A DNA stretch of 64,000 bases from Octopus vulgaris (Eukaryota): contig OX597818.1 of NCBI GenBank assembly GCA_951406725.2, positions 89,776,001-89,840,000 on the forward strand, in the 5' to 3' direction. Within the stretch, counting starts at the first letter, position 1; each line of letters opens with the position of its first letter. Below, piece after piece: positions 25,809 through 38,450 of the stretch. A program made the translations under genes and the position numbers. The notes beneath the pieces were generated by a model. The model made no database searches, was not told the origin of the DNA, and saw only the letters and a list, made by a program, of their open reading frames with translations.

Positions 25809-27269
25809 TAATAACTACACGTACCAGTTTTATTCCACTCTTTTTAGTCAATTTAAGGCAGCGAACTGGCAAAATTGTTAGCAGCCGGACGAAATGCTTC
25901 GCGGCATTTCGTCTGTCTTTACGTTCTGAGTTCAAATTCTGCCGAAGTGACTTTGCCTTTCATCTTTTCGAGGTTGATGAAATAACTGGCACTCCGTCGG
26001 TTACAACGATGAGCGTTCCAGTTGAGCCAATCAATGCAACAGCCTGCAATTAACAATTATATATACTTTCTGTAATTAATGGAAGGTGTGTGTGTGTGTA
26101 ATATGTAAGCAATGTATGTCTGTGTATATCTTTGTATGAATGAATGAATGTATGTATGTATGTATGTATGTATGTATGTATGTATGTATGTATGTATGTA
26201 TGTATGTATGCATATATGTATGTTCTGTACAACTTGTGAATATATACGGTATCTTCTAAATTAAACTAATCACCAAGTCACATTAGCTCTAAAATGTGGG
26301 AGTTAAGGCCCCTATTGGGCGTGGGTGTCTTAATGTCAACCAGAGAGGTTGAATTGTTGAGAATCTTTTTAACTTGGGTCCTATATCTATTGTTTGAATT
26401 TTTTTGAAATAGGACATATATGTGTGTTTACTGAATTTGTAAAAAAGAGCAAAGCTACAATTAAGGGTTGCAATTAACGTGCAAGTGGCTGAGCATTCCA
26501 CAAACATGCGTGCCCTTAAACTAATTCTCAGAGAGATTTAGCGTGATCAGGATGTGACAAAGCTAACCCTTTGAATTCCAGGTATAACTCATTTTTGTAA
26601 GCTGAGTGGACTGGAGAAACTTGATATGAAGTGTCTTGCTCAATGATTCACAACAGTAGATCGTGAGCTGAATAACCTAACCACTAAGTCAGGTGCCTCC
26701 ACGGTCGGTGAAATAACTACATGTTGATGTAATTGACTAGTCTCCCCTACCAAATTTCAGGCCTTGTGACTATAGACGAAAGGGTCATTAGTAGTCAAAT
26801 TGTTAACATCTATCCAATCAAATAATCGATAGCTTGATTAATTATTCGGTCCATAAATTTAAACAGCTAGGCTTGTCGAAGTCTTTTTGTCACCATTCGC
26901 GATCTCAACAGCGGCATGCCTTCTCTGCACCAAGTCTGCATCAGGTCTGTGGTATTAATGACTTTCTCTGAGGTATAGCAAAATATTTCCATATATTAAC
27001 TGAATAATTATATGAAAGATGTGGTTTGTAACAGCTGTAGAAGAATTTAGAATAATGTGATATCTGTGAACTTTGCATTTTTTGGACTATTTTAAACATG
27101 TTGCTCTGAATCTGTTGAAGCCAATAATACATACAAACATACATACGTACACACACACACACACACACATACATACATACATACATACATACATACATAC
27201 ATACATACATACATACATACATACATACATTCATACAAATATATACACAGACAGACATTGCTTACATAT

Positions 27270-27309
<40 letters not shown>

Positions 27310-27439
27310 TACACAATACACATACATATATGCATGCAAATCCATTCCATTAATTGTAGAGAGTATATATAATATGATAAGGAGTAAATGTTATGCAATT
27401 ATAAGTTGATACATGACATATTTGCAGGGAATATATACT

Positions 27440-28265
27440 ATATAACTGTTAATAGATAATACATAATTAGAGGGAGTATACAGAAGCTAATTGTAAGGAG
27501 TAAATAATACATAACTGAAGGGAGTATACGGAAGCTAACTGTAAGGAGTAAATAATATATAATTGAAGGAAGTATACGTAAGCTAATTGCAAGGAGTAAA
27601 TAATACATAATTGAAGGGAGTATACAGAAGCTAATTGCAAGGAGTAAATAATACATAATTGAAGGGAGTATACGGAAGCTAATTGTAAGGAGTAAAAAAA
27701 AATATAATTGAAGGGAGTATACGTAGGATCTTTTCGGTTTGAACGGCAGTTTTTAAAAATAATTTCCACGTAACTAAACACTTTTAAACTTCGTATACTG
27801 GTAGAATGTGTTTATAAAACATCTTTTTCTCTTGGCTTTATTAAGAAAATTCTATAGTTTATAAGATATTTGGTTTTTTTTCAATTTCTGCAATTTCAAC
27901 CAATCAATGACGTCTATTGAGGTGAAAACATTCTGTGCCGTATGAATATGTCCCTCGTTTAAGAAACAAATTGGATTTATTTACATTTGTGAAGAAAAAA
28001 GATACCCTTCCCCCACCCCTAACCCTAACCCTAACTAACCCTAACTAACCCTAACTAATCCTAACCTTAAAACAGATTGAAATGCAATAGATCGATACTA
28101 GGGTCATAATTATGGGTGACAATTTCATATGACACCGCTAGAAAAAACTGCCGTTCAAACCGAAAAGATCCTATACGTAAGTTAATTGTAAGGAGTAAAT
28201 AATATATAATTGAGGGGAGTATACGGAAGCTGATTGTAAGGAGTTCCTAATATATAATTGAAAAG
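27440..28265. repeat. 48-bp minisatellite (about 8 units) interrupted by a MITE
   Basis: Unit ataattgaagggagtatac(a/g)gaagctaattg(c/t)aaggagtaaataatac; it produces 16-aa periodic ORFs. Confidence 0.9.
27726..28171. mobile_element. Merlin-like MITE with telomere-like repeats
   Basis: Perfect TIR ggatcttttcggtttgaacggcagttttt, 8-bp TSD tatacgta (27718-27725 and 28172-28179), and ccctaa-type repeats at about 28016-28069. Confidence 0.82.
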
Positions 28266-29164
28266 GAGCATATTTAAAACCTTAGCAAAAAACGATTGCT
28301 AAATGGCTGATTAAATTTTGAGAGCGCGTATAGGTGGATTGATTAAGTTCCCGATAAATATCCGATGGATCAGAGTTTTGTATCATGTCAGCAGTTAATA
28401 CAGTGCTTCAGTGACCCAAATTCTTAGTTTTCGAATATTCAAGAGATTGGTGTCGCATATAAATAGCATATATAATGACAACTTCGTCAAACAAATGTTT
28501 TCTTACTTTGCCGTGAGTGTTGTAATAGCTTCGTGAAGGTTTGGATTCAACGAAGATAAATGATCTCGTTAGAGACATACTCAACGAAAAGATGACGTTT
28601 TAAATAGTTCCAGCGGGTGTTATAAGACTTATTAGATGCCAGGAAGAAGAAAGAAAAACAGTTGTAAAAGCAAAACAGAAAGCTGTTGCCCAATACTATT
28701 TTTATATTTAATTTATTATTAAATAATTCCAACGGCGAGTTCGTATATTCATACGTACGTATGAATATATTAACATGCGGTCACAGATAAATAGAAACAG
28801 TCAGCAGTTTATATAGATGAACAGATATTTCGATAAATCGCAGTATCAACCTGTTTAGAGGAAAATGGCAAAGTTGCTTAGAATAGAGTAGTCAAAGCTA
28901 ATTCTGAGTGTGAAAGTTTTATTATATTTTAGAAGAGGAATCTTTATGTTCTGAGTTCAAAAACCGCCGATGGGGTCGATGAAATGGTGGTATTTCGCTC
29001 GGCTTTATGCTTTAAGTTCAAATTCTACCGAGGTCGATTTTGACTTTCATCCCTTTCGGGGTTGCAGTCACCCCAAGTTTCAGGACATACGCATATTGTA
29101 GAAAAGATTATTCATATTGTTACGGAGGTAAATTAACTGGAGAACATTACATCATATATGATGT

Positions 29165-29520
29165 GCCATACTAATACGTACTAATACATACTAATACATA
29201 CTAATACATACACCAACCCTATACATACACACGTCCAGACCCCTCATACGCACTTATACTCTCTCATACACACACACACACACTTATACATACTAATACG
29301 TACTAATACATACTAATACATACTAATACATACACCAACCCCATACATACGCACGTCCAGACCAATCCTACGCACTAATACTCTCTCATACACACACACA
29401 CACACCCTTATACATACTAATACATACACCAACCCTATACATACACACGTCCAGACCCCTCCTACGCACTATTAGCTGGTCCTTCTACCCTATTATCAAC
29501 CCTATTATCAACCCTATTAT
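29165..29520. repeat. About 120-bp tandem repeat with nested 10-bp catactaata and 12-bp accctattatca units
   Basis: caccaaccctatacatacacacgtccagacc occurs three times. Confidence 0.8.
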
Positions 29521-29790
29521 CTCCCCTTATTTCGCTCTCGCGTCTCATGTTTGATCTTTGACCTCTGGCCGAAATCAGATCGCCATGTTGATTCGTTAGC
29601 TACTGCACGCATTTTTTTCTCTCCTTCTTTCTGTGTTTTTTTCTCTCTGTGTATCTTTCTGTTGAAGAGCGTAGGCTCGAAACGTTAAAGACTTGTTTTA
29701 TTTATATTTCCTGAGGGCCATACTAATACAATTGTTCGTTTGTTTTCCACCTGCCTTCGTCTTTTGTCTATTTTCATAAAGCTTCCCGTT
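29520..29790 (+). mobile_element. Penelope-type terminal repeat with minimal hammerhead-like motif
   Basis: tcttt-CTGTTGA-a-gagc-gtag-gctc-GAAAC-GTT-aaaga at 29654-29691; ends in (TA)n. Confidence 0.72.
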
Positions 29791-30146
29791 ATATATATAT
29801 ATATATATATATATGAATATATACATATATATGTATATATGTATGTATATATGTATATATATGTATATATGTATATATATATATATATATATGTATATAT
29901 GAGTATATATATATGTATATATATATATGTACATATATGTATATGTATGTATACATATACATATATATGTGTGTGTATGTATATATATAAGCAAGTGGAC
30001 CATTACACCTGTCTTCGTGTTTTGTTTTCCCGCAAATTCCAACTATATACGTGTGTGTGTGTGTGTGCGCGCGCGCGCGTATGAATATATGTATGTATAT
30101 ATATATGTGTGTTTGTGATTATATATATATATATATATATGTTATA

Positions 30147-30199
<53 letters not shown>

Positions 30200-30739
30200 T
30201 AATCCAAACATGAGAATACAAAGAGAAAACACAACAAAGCGGGGACGTGGAACAAGTATAGTGTTATTGGACGCTCAGGAAATGAAAGAAGAATGAACTA
30301 TAAAATGTATTTAAGTAACAAGATCTGTGGATACCCTTATTTTCAAGAATATAGTTATTGCCTTTATAATATCCATTAGTCACAAGAGTAGAATAATAAA
30401 GGGGGGGGGGAGAAAGCAATAGAACTGATCGTGTTTCATGTCATCGTTTCCACATCTACTTCACAAGCGTATTTCTCTCCTTTAAATTGTTCACATGAAG
30501 AATTTTCAGAGACATTTTGAACTATGAATAATTACTTTTCCGACTCTGTATTTAATTTTTTTACTGCAATATCTCAAAGAAACTTGTTTATCAACCTTAT
30601 GGGTTTATTAATATATTTGTGTGTGTGTTTGTGCGTGTATTTATATATTTTGTGTTTTTATTCTTTTATTACTTTATTTGTTTCAGTCGTTAGGCTGCGG
30701 CCATGCTGGGGCACGGCGTATATTTATATATCTATATAT

Positions 30740-31212
30740 TCTTTTCTACTCTAGGCACAAGGCCCGAAATTTTGGGAGAGGGCGGCAGTCGATTACATGG
30801 ACCCAGTACGCAACTGGTACTTAATTTATTGACTCCGAAAGGATGAAAGGCAAAGTCGACCTCGGCGGAATTTGAACTCAGAACGTAACGGCAGACGAAA
30901 TGCCTATTTCTTTACTACCCACAAGGGGCTAAACACAGAGAGGACAAACAAGGACAGACAGACTGATTAAGTCGATTATATCGACCTCCGTGCGTAACTG
31001 GTACTTAATTTATCAACCCCGAAAGGATGAAAGGCAAAGTCGACCACGGCGGAATTTGAACTCTGAACGTAACGATAAGCATTTCGCCCGGCGTGCTAAT
31101 TTATCGACCCCGAAAGGATGAAAGGCAAAGTCGACCTCGGTGGAATTTGAACTCAGAACGTACCGATAAGCTTTTCGCCTGGCGTGCTAACGTTTCTGCT
31201 AGCTCACCACCT
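30740..31212 (-). mobile_element. SINE family C multimer
   Basis: Repeated units with the aaagaaatag|g(c/t)atttcgtc junction at about 30900. Confidence 0.85.
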
Positions 31213-31389
31213 TTATATTTATATATTTATGAGCGGTGGATGATAGATTACGTTTATCAATTTGTGTTGCAAGTTTCCTGATGTGAAACCGTGTATTGAA
31301 ACAGATATTGTTAGATTTCGGGACGGTCATCTTGTTTATTTGCCACATAAACACACACCCTATATATTTGTTCTTCACTTGTTAATTAC

Positions 31390-31866
31390 ATTTTTTTTAT
31401 TGCCTACAAGGGGCTAAAGACAGAGGAGACAAACAAGGACAGACAGACGGATTAAGTCGATTATATCGACCCCAGTGCGTAACTGGTACTTAATTTATCG
31501 ACCCCGAAAGGATGAAAGGCAAAGTCGACCTCGGTGGAATTTGAACTCAGAACTCAGAACGGAATTTGAACTCAGAACGTAACGGCAGACGAAATACCTA
31601 TTTCTTTACTACCCACAAGGGGCTAAACACAGAGGGGACCAACAAGCACAGACAAACAGATCAAGTCGATTATATCGACCCCAGTGCGTAACTGGTGCTT
31701 ATTTAATCGACCCCGAAAGGATGAAAGGCAAAGTCGACCTCGGCGGAATTTGAACTCAGAACGTAGCGGCAGACTGAGTTCAAATTCCGCCGAGGTCGAC
31801 TTTGCAGACGAAATACCGCTAAGCATTTCGCCCGGCGTGCTAACGTTTCTGCCAGCTCGCCGCCTT
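31390..31866 (-). mobile_element. SINE family C dimer
   Basis: Two units. The terminal unit ends gcaataaaaaaaa, and there is a small internal inverted duplication at about 31733-31805. Confidence 0.85.
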
Positions 31867-32507
31867 TTATTACTCGTTTATTACTTTTCACATTTTCAGT
31901 GTGAACCATGCTGAGTTGTTTAAATGGCCTATATATACTTCTTTAAAACATTTATTACTTTCTTTGTAGCACAATGGTGTAGCCGAACACTATCTCTGTG
32001 GTTTCGGTGGGTTAATCTTGGCAGTATTGTTTGCCGTTTTCCTTTTGTCTTTAGTGTCTAATCTGTAGGTGTGTGCATGAACCACATTTATACACAATTT
32101 TGTCTAGAAAGGAAAAGTGCCGGAGTGGCTGTGTAGTAAGAAATTTGCTTCTTAACCACAGGGCTCCGGGTTCAGTCCTTCTGATGGCAGCTCGGGCAAG
32201 TGTCTTCTACTATAGTTTTGTGAATGGACTTGGTGGACAGAAACTGAAAGAAGCCCGTCGTACATGCATATATCTACGTATGGTTTTGTGTCTGTGTTTG
32301 TCCCCCACCATAGCTTGACAACCGGTGTTGGTGTGTTTACGACCCTGTAACTTTGCAACATCACTTTGCAACATGGGAAGCGGGTTAGTGGATTACATCG
32401 ACCCTAATTTTTAATTGGTGATCATTTTTCGATCCAGAAAGACTGAAAGGCGAAGCTGATCTCTGTGGAATTTGATCTGAGAATGAGAAAAGCTCAAAGA
32501 AATGATA

Positions 32508-32778
32508 CAGTAATCCCTCACCATATCGCGGCTCTCCTACCGCAGTTCAGTCACATATCGTAGTTCACCTGTCGCGGTTCACCTATCGCCGTTTATTATT
32601 TATATTTACGTCGATTCCTCTTTGGTGTTGTTTGCATTTATAATAAAATAAGCATATACAAATTATAAAAATAATGCAAAAATATACACAGTACAATACT
32701 GTTTCTACTTCGCAGATTTTCACCTATCGCGGGGGTGGGGTTTGGAACGTATCACATGCGATCGTCGAGGGATTACTG
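32508..32778. mobile_element. pogo/Tigger-like MITE inserted in a SINE
   Basis: TA-flanked cagtaatccctc...gagggattactg. Confidence 0.85.
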
Positions 32779-33215
32779 TAAACATTTTAACTGATACGCA
32801 GACGATTCAGTCAGCTCTTTGTCTGAGATAATTCTTTCTACTTTTGGAACAAGGCCAGTTATTTTGAGGGACGTGGAGCAGATCGATTCCATGGATCAAG
32901 CAGTATATGACTGGTACTTTATTTTATCAACCCGGGAAGGATGGAAAGCCAAGTTAACCATGATAGTATTATGTGGACTCAGAACGTAATGGGCCAGAAA
33001 AAAAGCCGTTAAGCATTTTGTCCGACGCGCTAACAATTATGCCAGATCCCCGTCTTAGCTAATGCTTTCTATACTTTGGGTACAAGGCTTGAAAATTTTG
33101 AGGAGGGGAGCTAGTGGGTTACATCGACTCTAGTGGTCGACTGGTACTTATTTTTTCGACCCCGAAATAAAGAAAGGAAAAGTTGACGTCAAAATGTAAA
33201 GAGTCGCCTATTCAT

Positions 33216-33254
<39 letters not shown>

Positions 33255-33682
33255 TTCTTTTACTTGTTTCAGTCATTTGACTGCGGCCATGCTGGAGCAC
33301 CGCCTTTAGTCGAGCAAATCGACTCCAGGACTTATTCTTTGTAAGCCTAGTACTTATTCTATCGGTCTCCTTTGCCGAACCGCTAAGTTACGGGAACGTA
33401 AACACACCAGCATCGGTTGTCAAGCGATGTTGGTGGGACAAACATAGACACACAAACATATACACACACATACATACATATATATATATAAAATATATAT
33501 ATATATATACATATATACGACGGGCTTCTTTCAGTTTCCGTTTACCAAATCCACTCACAAGGCTTTGGTCGGCCCGCGGCTATAGCAGAAGACACTTGCA
33601 CACCGTGTCACGCAGTGGGACTGAACCCGGAACCATGTGGTTTGTAAGCAAGCTACTTACCACACAGCCACTCCGGCGCCTA
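33255..33682 (-). mobile_element. SINE family A
   Basis: Complete copy flanked by (TTTA)n. Confidence 0.88.
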
Positions 33683-33815
33683 TTTATTTATTTATTTATT
33701 ATAAAACATGCTCACACTCAGAATTAACACTTTGACCACTCTATTCTAAGCAGCCTTAACCCGTTCCTTTGAACAGATCGACACTGTAGTTTATTACTGT
33801 ATTATCTGTGTATCT

Positions 33816-34208
33816 AAAGCGGCGAGCTGGCAGAATCGCTCTGGGTTCAAATTCTGCTGAGGTCGATTTTGTCTTTCATCCTTCCGAAGTCGAGAAAATA
33901 AGTTCTAGATGAACACAGGGGTCGATGTAATCGACTTACCTGCTGCTTCCCCGAACTTGCTGGCATTGTACTAAAATTTGAAATCAAAATATTATCTGTT
34001 TATCTAAGGCGGTGAGCTTGTAGAATTGTTCGCACGTCGGGCAAAATGCTTTGCAGCATTTCGTCATCTTTACGTTCTGGTTTCGAATTCCGCCGAGATC
34101 GACTTTACTTTTCCTCCGTCCGGTATCAGCTGATTTCAGGAGTCGATATATTCGATTTACCCCCTCCCACAGAATTGCTGGCCTAGTGCCAAATTTTGAA
34201 ACCAATAT
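33816..34208 (+). mobile_element. Two tandem SINE family C monomers
   Basis: Each starts (a/g)gcgg(c/t)gagct; they are separated and flanked by attatctgtttatct-like repeats. Confidence 0.8.
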
Positions 34209-34259
34209 ATTATCTATTTATCTGCATAATTCGCTGACTGTCTATGATCGTGTGTACGT

Positions 34260-34496
34260 ATACCTATTTCTTTACTACCCACAAGGGGCTAAACACAGAG
34301 AGGACAAACAAGGACAGACAAACGGATTAAGTCGATTATATCGACCCCAGTGCGTAACTGGTACTTAATTTATAGATCCTGAAAGGATGAAAGGAAAGTC
34401 GACCTCGGCGGAATTTGAACACAGAACGTAACGGCAGACGAAATACCGCAAAGCATTTCGCCCGGCATGCTAACGCTTCTGCCAGCTCACCGCCTT
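34260..34496 (-). mobile_element. SINE family C with Tx1-like tail
   Basis: Head plus one unit ending gtagtaaagaaataggtat. Confidence 0.85.
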
Positions 34497-34944
34497 GTTC
34501 ATGTGTACGTATATTAGTTGGTACGTACTTGCGAATGTACACACGACCGTACGTATCGTCTCCCTCTCTCTTTCTCTCTCTCTATCTTCCTACCTACTTA
34601 TATACATACCTAACTCTCAGCCATTTCTCATAGTTATAATTCCCTAGAATACTGACATATTACAAAGTGACCATTGTTATACAAAAAAAGGCAGATATCA
34701 CGTCTTTCAAAGTGGTTAAACGCTTTGTGGACCTTTACTAATGTTGACATTCAACTCTCGTTGCTTAGTCTGTTTCCTGAATGTCTGAAGACGTACTGAT
34801 GTAACACGAAACTACTTTCGTAAAACGCAAATACGCAAAACTTTCAAAAAGGATTTAATTTGTTGTTGTTGTTGCTGTTATTTTCAGGACCGTCAACAAT
34901 CTTTTTCTCAGCCATCGTGTTTAATAAAGCATCTATTGTTAATA

Positions 34945-36620
34945 TCAGGGCGGTGAAAGGCTACGAGACGGCAGAATCATTAGCGCGCCGGGTAAAATGC
35001 TGACGGCATTTCGTCCGTCTTTACGTTCTGAGTTCAAATGCCGCCAAGGTCGAATTCGCTTTTCTTTCTTTCAGAGGCCGAGAAAGTAAGTACAAAATTT
35101 TAAATCAATATTAGGATGTTGACCTGGCAGAAACATCAGCACGCCGGGCGAAATGCTTAGCGGTAATTCGTCTACCGTTACGTTCTGAGTTCAAATTCCG
35201 CCGAGGTCGACTTTGCCTTTCATCCTTTCGGGGTCGATTAAATAAGTACCAGTTACGCACTGGGGTCGATATAATCGACTTAATCACTTTGTCTGTCCTT
35301 GTTTGTTTCCTCTGTGTTTAGCCCCTCGTCGGTAGTAAAGAAATAGGTAATTCGTCTGTCTTTATGTTCTGAGCTAAAATTCCGACGAGGTCGACTTTGC
35401 CTTTCGTCTTTTTGGGGTCGATAAATTAAGTACTAGTTACGCACTGGGGTTGATCTAATCGGCTTAATGCCTTTGTCTGTCCTTGTTTGTTCCCTCTGTG
35501 TTTAGCCCCTCGTCGGTAGTAAAGAAATAGGTAATTCGTCTGTCTTTACGTTCTGAGCTAAAATTCCGACGAGGTCGACTTTGCCTTTCGTCTTTTTGGG
35601 GTCGATAAATTAAGTACTAGTTACGCACTGGGGTCGATCTAATCGGCTTAATGCCTTTGTCTGTCCTTGTTTGTCCCCTCTATGTTTAGGCCCTTGTGGG
35701 CAATAAAGAAATAAGAATCATTAGCACGTCGGGTTAAATGCTTACGCATTTCGTCCGTCTTTACATTCTGAGTTCGGCAGAATTTGAACTCAGAACGTAA
35801 CGACAGACGAAATACCTATTTCTTTACTACCCACAAGGGGCTAAACACAGAGAGGACAAACAAGGACAGACAAACGGATTAAGTCGATTATATCGACCCC
35901 AGAGCGTAACTAGTACTTAATTTATCAACCCCGAAAGGATGAAAAGGCAAAGTCGACCTCGGCGGAATTTGAACTCAGAACGTAGCGGCAGACGAAATAC
36001 CGCTGAGCATTTTGCCCGGCGTGCTAATTCTGCCAGCTCGCCGCCTTTACGCCCGTCTTTACGTTCTGTGTTCAAATTCCGGCGAGGTCGACTTTACCTT
36101 TCATTCTTTCGGGATCGATAAAATAAGTACCAGTTGAACACTAGGGTCAATATAATCCCTCCCCTGAACTTGATAGCCGTGTGCCAAAATCTAAAACCAA
36201 TATTAGGCCGGCGTGCTGGCGGAATCGTCAGAGCGTCGCATAAAGTCCCTTGCAGAATTTCTTTCGGCTCTTTATGTTCTGAGCTCAAATCTCACATTGG
36301 CCAATTTTGACTTTCATCCTTTCGGGGGTGGATAAAATGAAGTAGCCGTCAAACACTGGGTTCGATGCCACCGAATAACACCATCTCTCCAAATTGTGCC
36401 AAAATTTGTAACAATTATAAGTATTTCTACTGGCAGAATCTTTAGAACATTGGAAAAATACTTTTCGGTTTTTCTTTCGACCTTTTACATCGAGTTCAAA
36501 TTTCTCTGAGGTCAATATCATCTTTCATCCTTTTAGGGTCGATAAAATAGAGCGGCGGTCACGTAGTAAAGTCCATATAATCGAGTAAACCCCTTCTTCC
36601 AAATTTCTGGTCCTCTACTT
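34945..36620. mobile_element. Dense nested cluster of SINE family C copies (trimer about 35125-35716 on +, dimer about 35775-36047 on -)
   Basis: Multiple heads and gtcgactttgcctttcatcctttcggggtcgat cores on both strands. Confidence 0.88.
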
Positions 36621-37049
36621 GATCCCAGAAGGTAATATGATTAACAACAGCACTAGCAACAAAACAACACCACTAACAGCGACATAAAACACAACACCAA
36701 TAACAACAGCAGTAACAACAATATAAACTGTAATAGCGGCAGCAATGGCAGCGCCACAATAGCAGCGGCAAGAATGGCTGCGTCAGAACAGCAGCGACAA
36801 CAATGGTTGCGTCACCATAGCCACGGCAACAATAGCTGCGACACCATAGCAGCGCCAACAATGCCTTCTCCACAGTAGCAGCGGCAACAGTAACGAAAAC
36901 AGGAACAGCAGCAAGCAGAGCTACAGCAAGCACTACCACTAGTGTCCCCAGCCCACCCCACCCCAAAAATAACAACAACTACACTAAAAATAACAACAAC
37001 GAAAGAAATTGTAACAAAGTCGACAATAAGGATAACAAGAACAAAACAG

Positions 37050-37370
37050 ACACTCCATCGGTTACAACGACGAGTGTTCCAGTTAATGCGATCGACAGAA
37101 CAGCCTGCTCGAGAAATTAACGTGCTAGTGGCTGAGCACTCCACAGACCAGTGTACTCTTAACGTAGTTCTTATTGAGATATAGTGTGACACAGAATGCG
37201 ACACGGCTGACCTTTTGAGTTACAATTACAACTCATTTTTGTCAGAAGAGTGAAGTGGAATAATTTGCAAAAAAGTGTCTTGCTCAAGGATATAGAGCGC
37301 TGCCGGAAACTGAACCCATGACCTTACAACCATGAGCTGAATACCCTATCCAGTAACCCACGCACCTTCA
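37050..37370 (+). mobile_element. Dispersed SINE-type repeat family D
   Basis: ggttacaacgacgag...acagcctgctcg...aaattaacgtg...tgtgacac shared with 25985-26700 and 50825-51140, and with the 3' part of 1800-2140. Confidence 0.7.
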
Positions 37371-37419
37371 ACAGCAGTAACAACAATGAACTCGTAACAG
37401 TAACGGCGACAAATCTATA

Positions 37420-38450
37420 AAGAAAAATATCCTTCGCGCATGTCATAGAGCAGTGGACAATGCATACACTCGAAAGAAAAGCAGATGCAATTAAAAAAAG
37501 TATAGGAACGATTCCATCCCCCGCCACCTCCGGTAGGGATGTTCTCAGCAAAAGAGTATTGTGCGCTACAAAAGGACCGTCCATTATAAGTTCATTAATT
37601 ATACAGACGCAATAGCCGTCCCTAGCTGAAATTGTGAAATGTCTGGAAACGGTTCAATGTTCAGTAGTTTACGTAACCTGAGGAAAGCAAAATGGAACGT
37701 AGTAGCCATCTGCTGAACTCGAACGATGGCTACAAGTACAGTTTGTTTTCCTACCGTTATAAATAGAACGCGGTGTGACCAAAGTCAGGGTCATCGACGT
37801 ACCTCCTCATAGGAGGTACGTCTCCGCCGCATTCTTCGCTGTCGACGCATTGATCGGGTTTCTACAGCCGGTCTTCGTCGTCGCCTGAATCTCCGGCCCC
37901 TCCCTTCGGTGCTTCTATAACGGCGCTTAAGGTGGTTCGGTCATGCGGCCCGGTGTCCAGAGGGTGAGCTGATTCGCGATGTCCTCCTCCCACCTCCACT
38001 TCCCAGCGTGCGCAAACGCACGGGCAGGCAGCTGACCACCTGGGCAACGACAATAAAGGAGGACCTCTCCGAACTCTCAAGTCCGCAGGTGGTCGGTCTG
38101 CGCAGATGGAAACGCGAATGGCTCGCTATCTCCAGTGACCTCGCACAGGACCGTCGAACGTGGGCCACCATGGTTCGTGATGCCGTTAGGAACAGAGAAG
38201 AAGCCGGCTCAACCCGCCCTGGGTGAATACCGTCACAAGTACAAGTACAAGTACTCCTCATAGGAATCAGACCAAAGTACTGGAAATGCCAGAGTAGCAC
38301 GGGGAAAAATTTAAAGTCTAACAGAGATCCCAGGAAGGAAGCAACTGCTGTTAGTTGTGGAAGAAGAAGATCGCAATGCTACAGCTGTGGAAGCACAAAC
38401 CACCTCAAAGCTTTCTGCCTCCAACAGCAACAACTATGACAGCTGAAAGA
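37420..38450 (+). mobile_element. Tx1/L1-like ORF1 (gag-like) relic
   Basis: LQKRTVHYK...EIVKCLE...KVRVIDVPP, then CYSCGSTNHLKAFC (CCHC knuckle, about 38370-38420). Parallels the 60898-61591 element. Confidence 0.65.
37815..38253 (+). mobile_element. RTE-clade LINE 5'-truncated copy with TSD
   Basis: LRRILR...RRLRWFGHAAR...GRQLTTWATTIKEDL...LAQDRRTW, (CAAGTA)3 tail, and 12-bp TSD ctcctcatagga (37803-37814 and 38254-38265). Confidence 0.9.

Noticed and set aside
28016-28069. Telomere or chromosome-fusion relic
   Set aside because: The tract is short and lies inside a TIR/TSD-bounded MITE.
27440-28265. Regular repeats resembling a CRISPR array or a 16-aa repeat protein
   Set aside because: Contiguous 48-bp units with no unique spacers, a eukaryotic context and no cas genes; this is a minisatellite.
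34783-34830. ctgaaga...cgaaac hammerhead-like core
   Set aside because: Stems I and III could not be paired convincingly.
36640-37050. Gln/Ala/Thr-rich or hydrophobic ORFs
   Set aside because: Decayed (AAC/AGC)n low-complexity DNA with stops in several frames.
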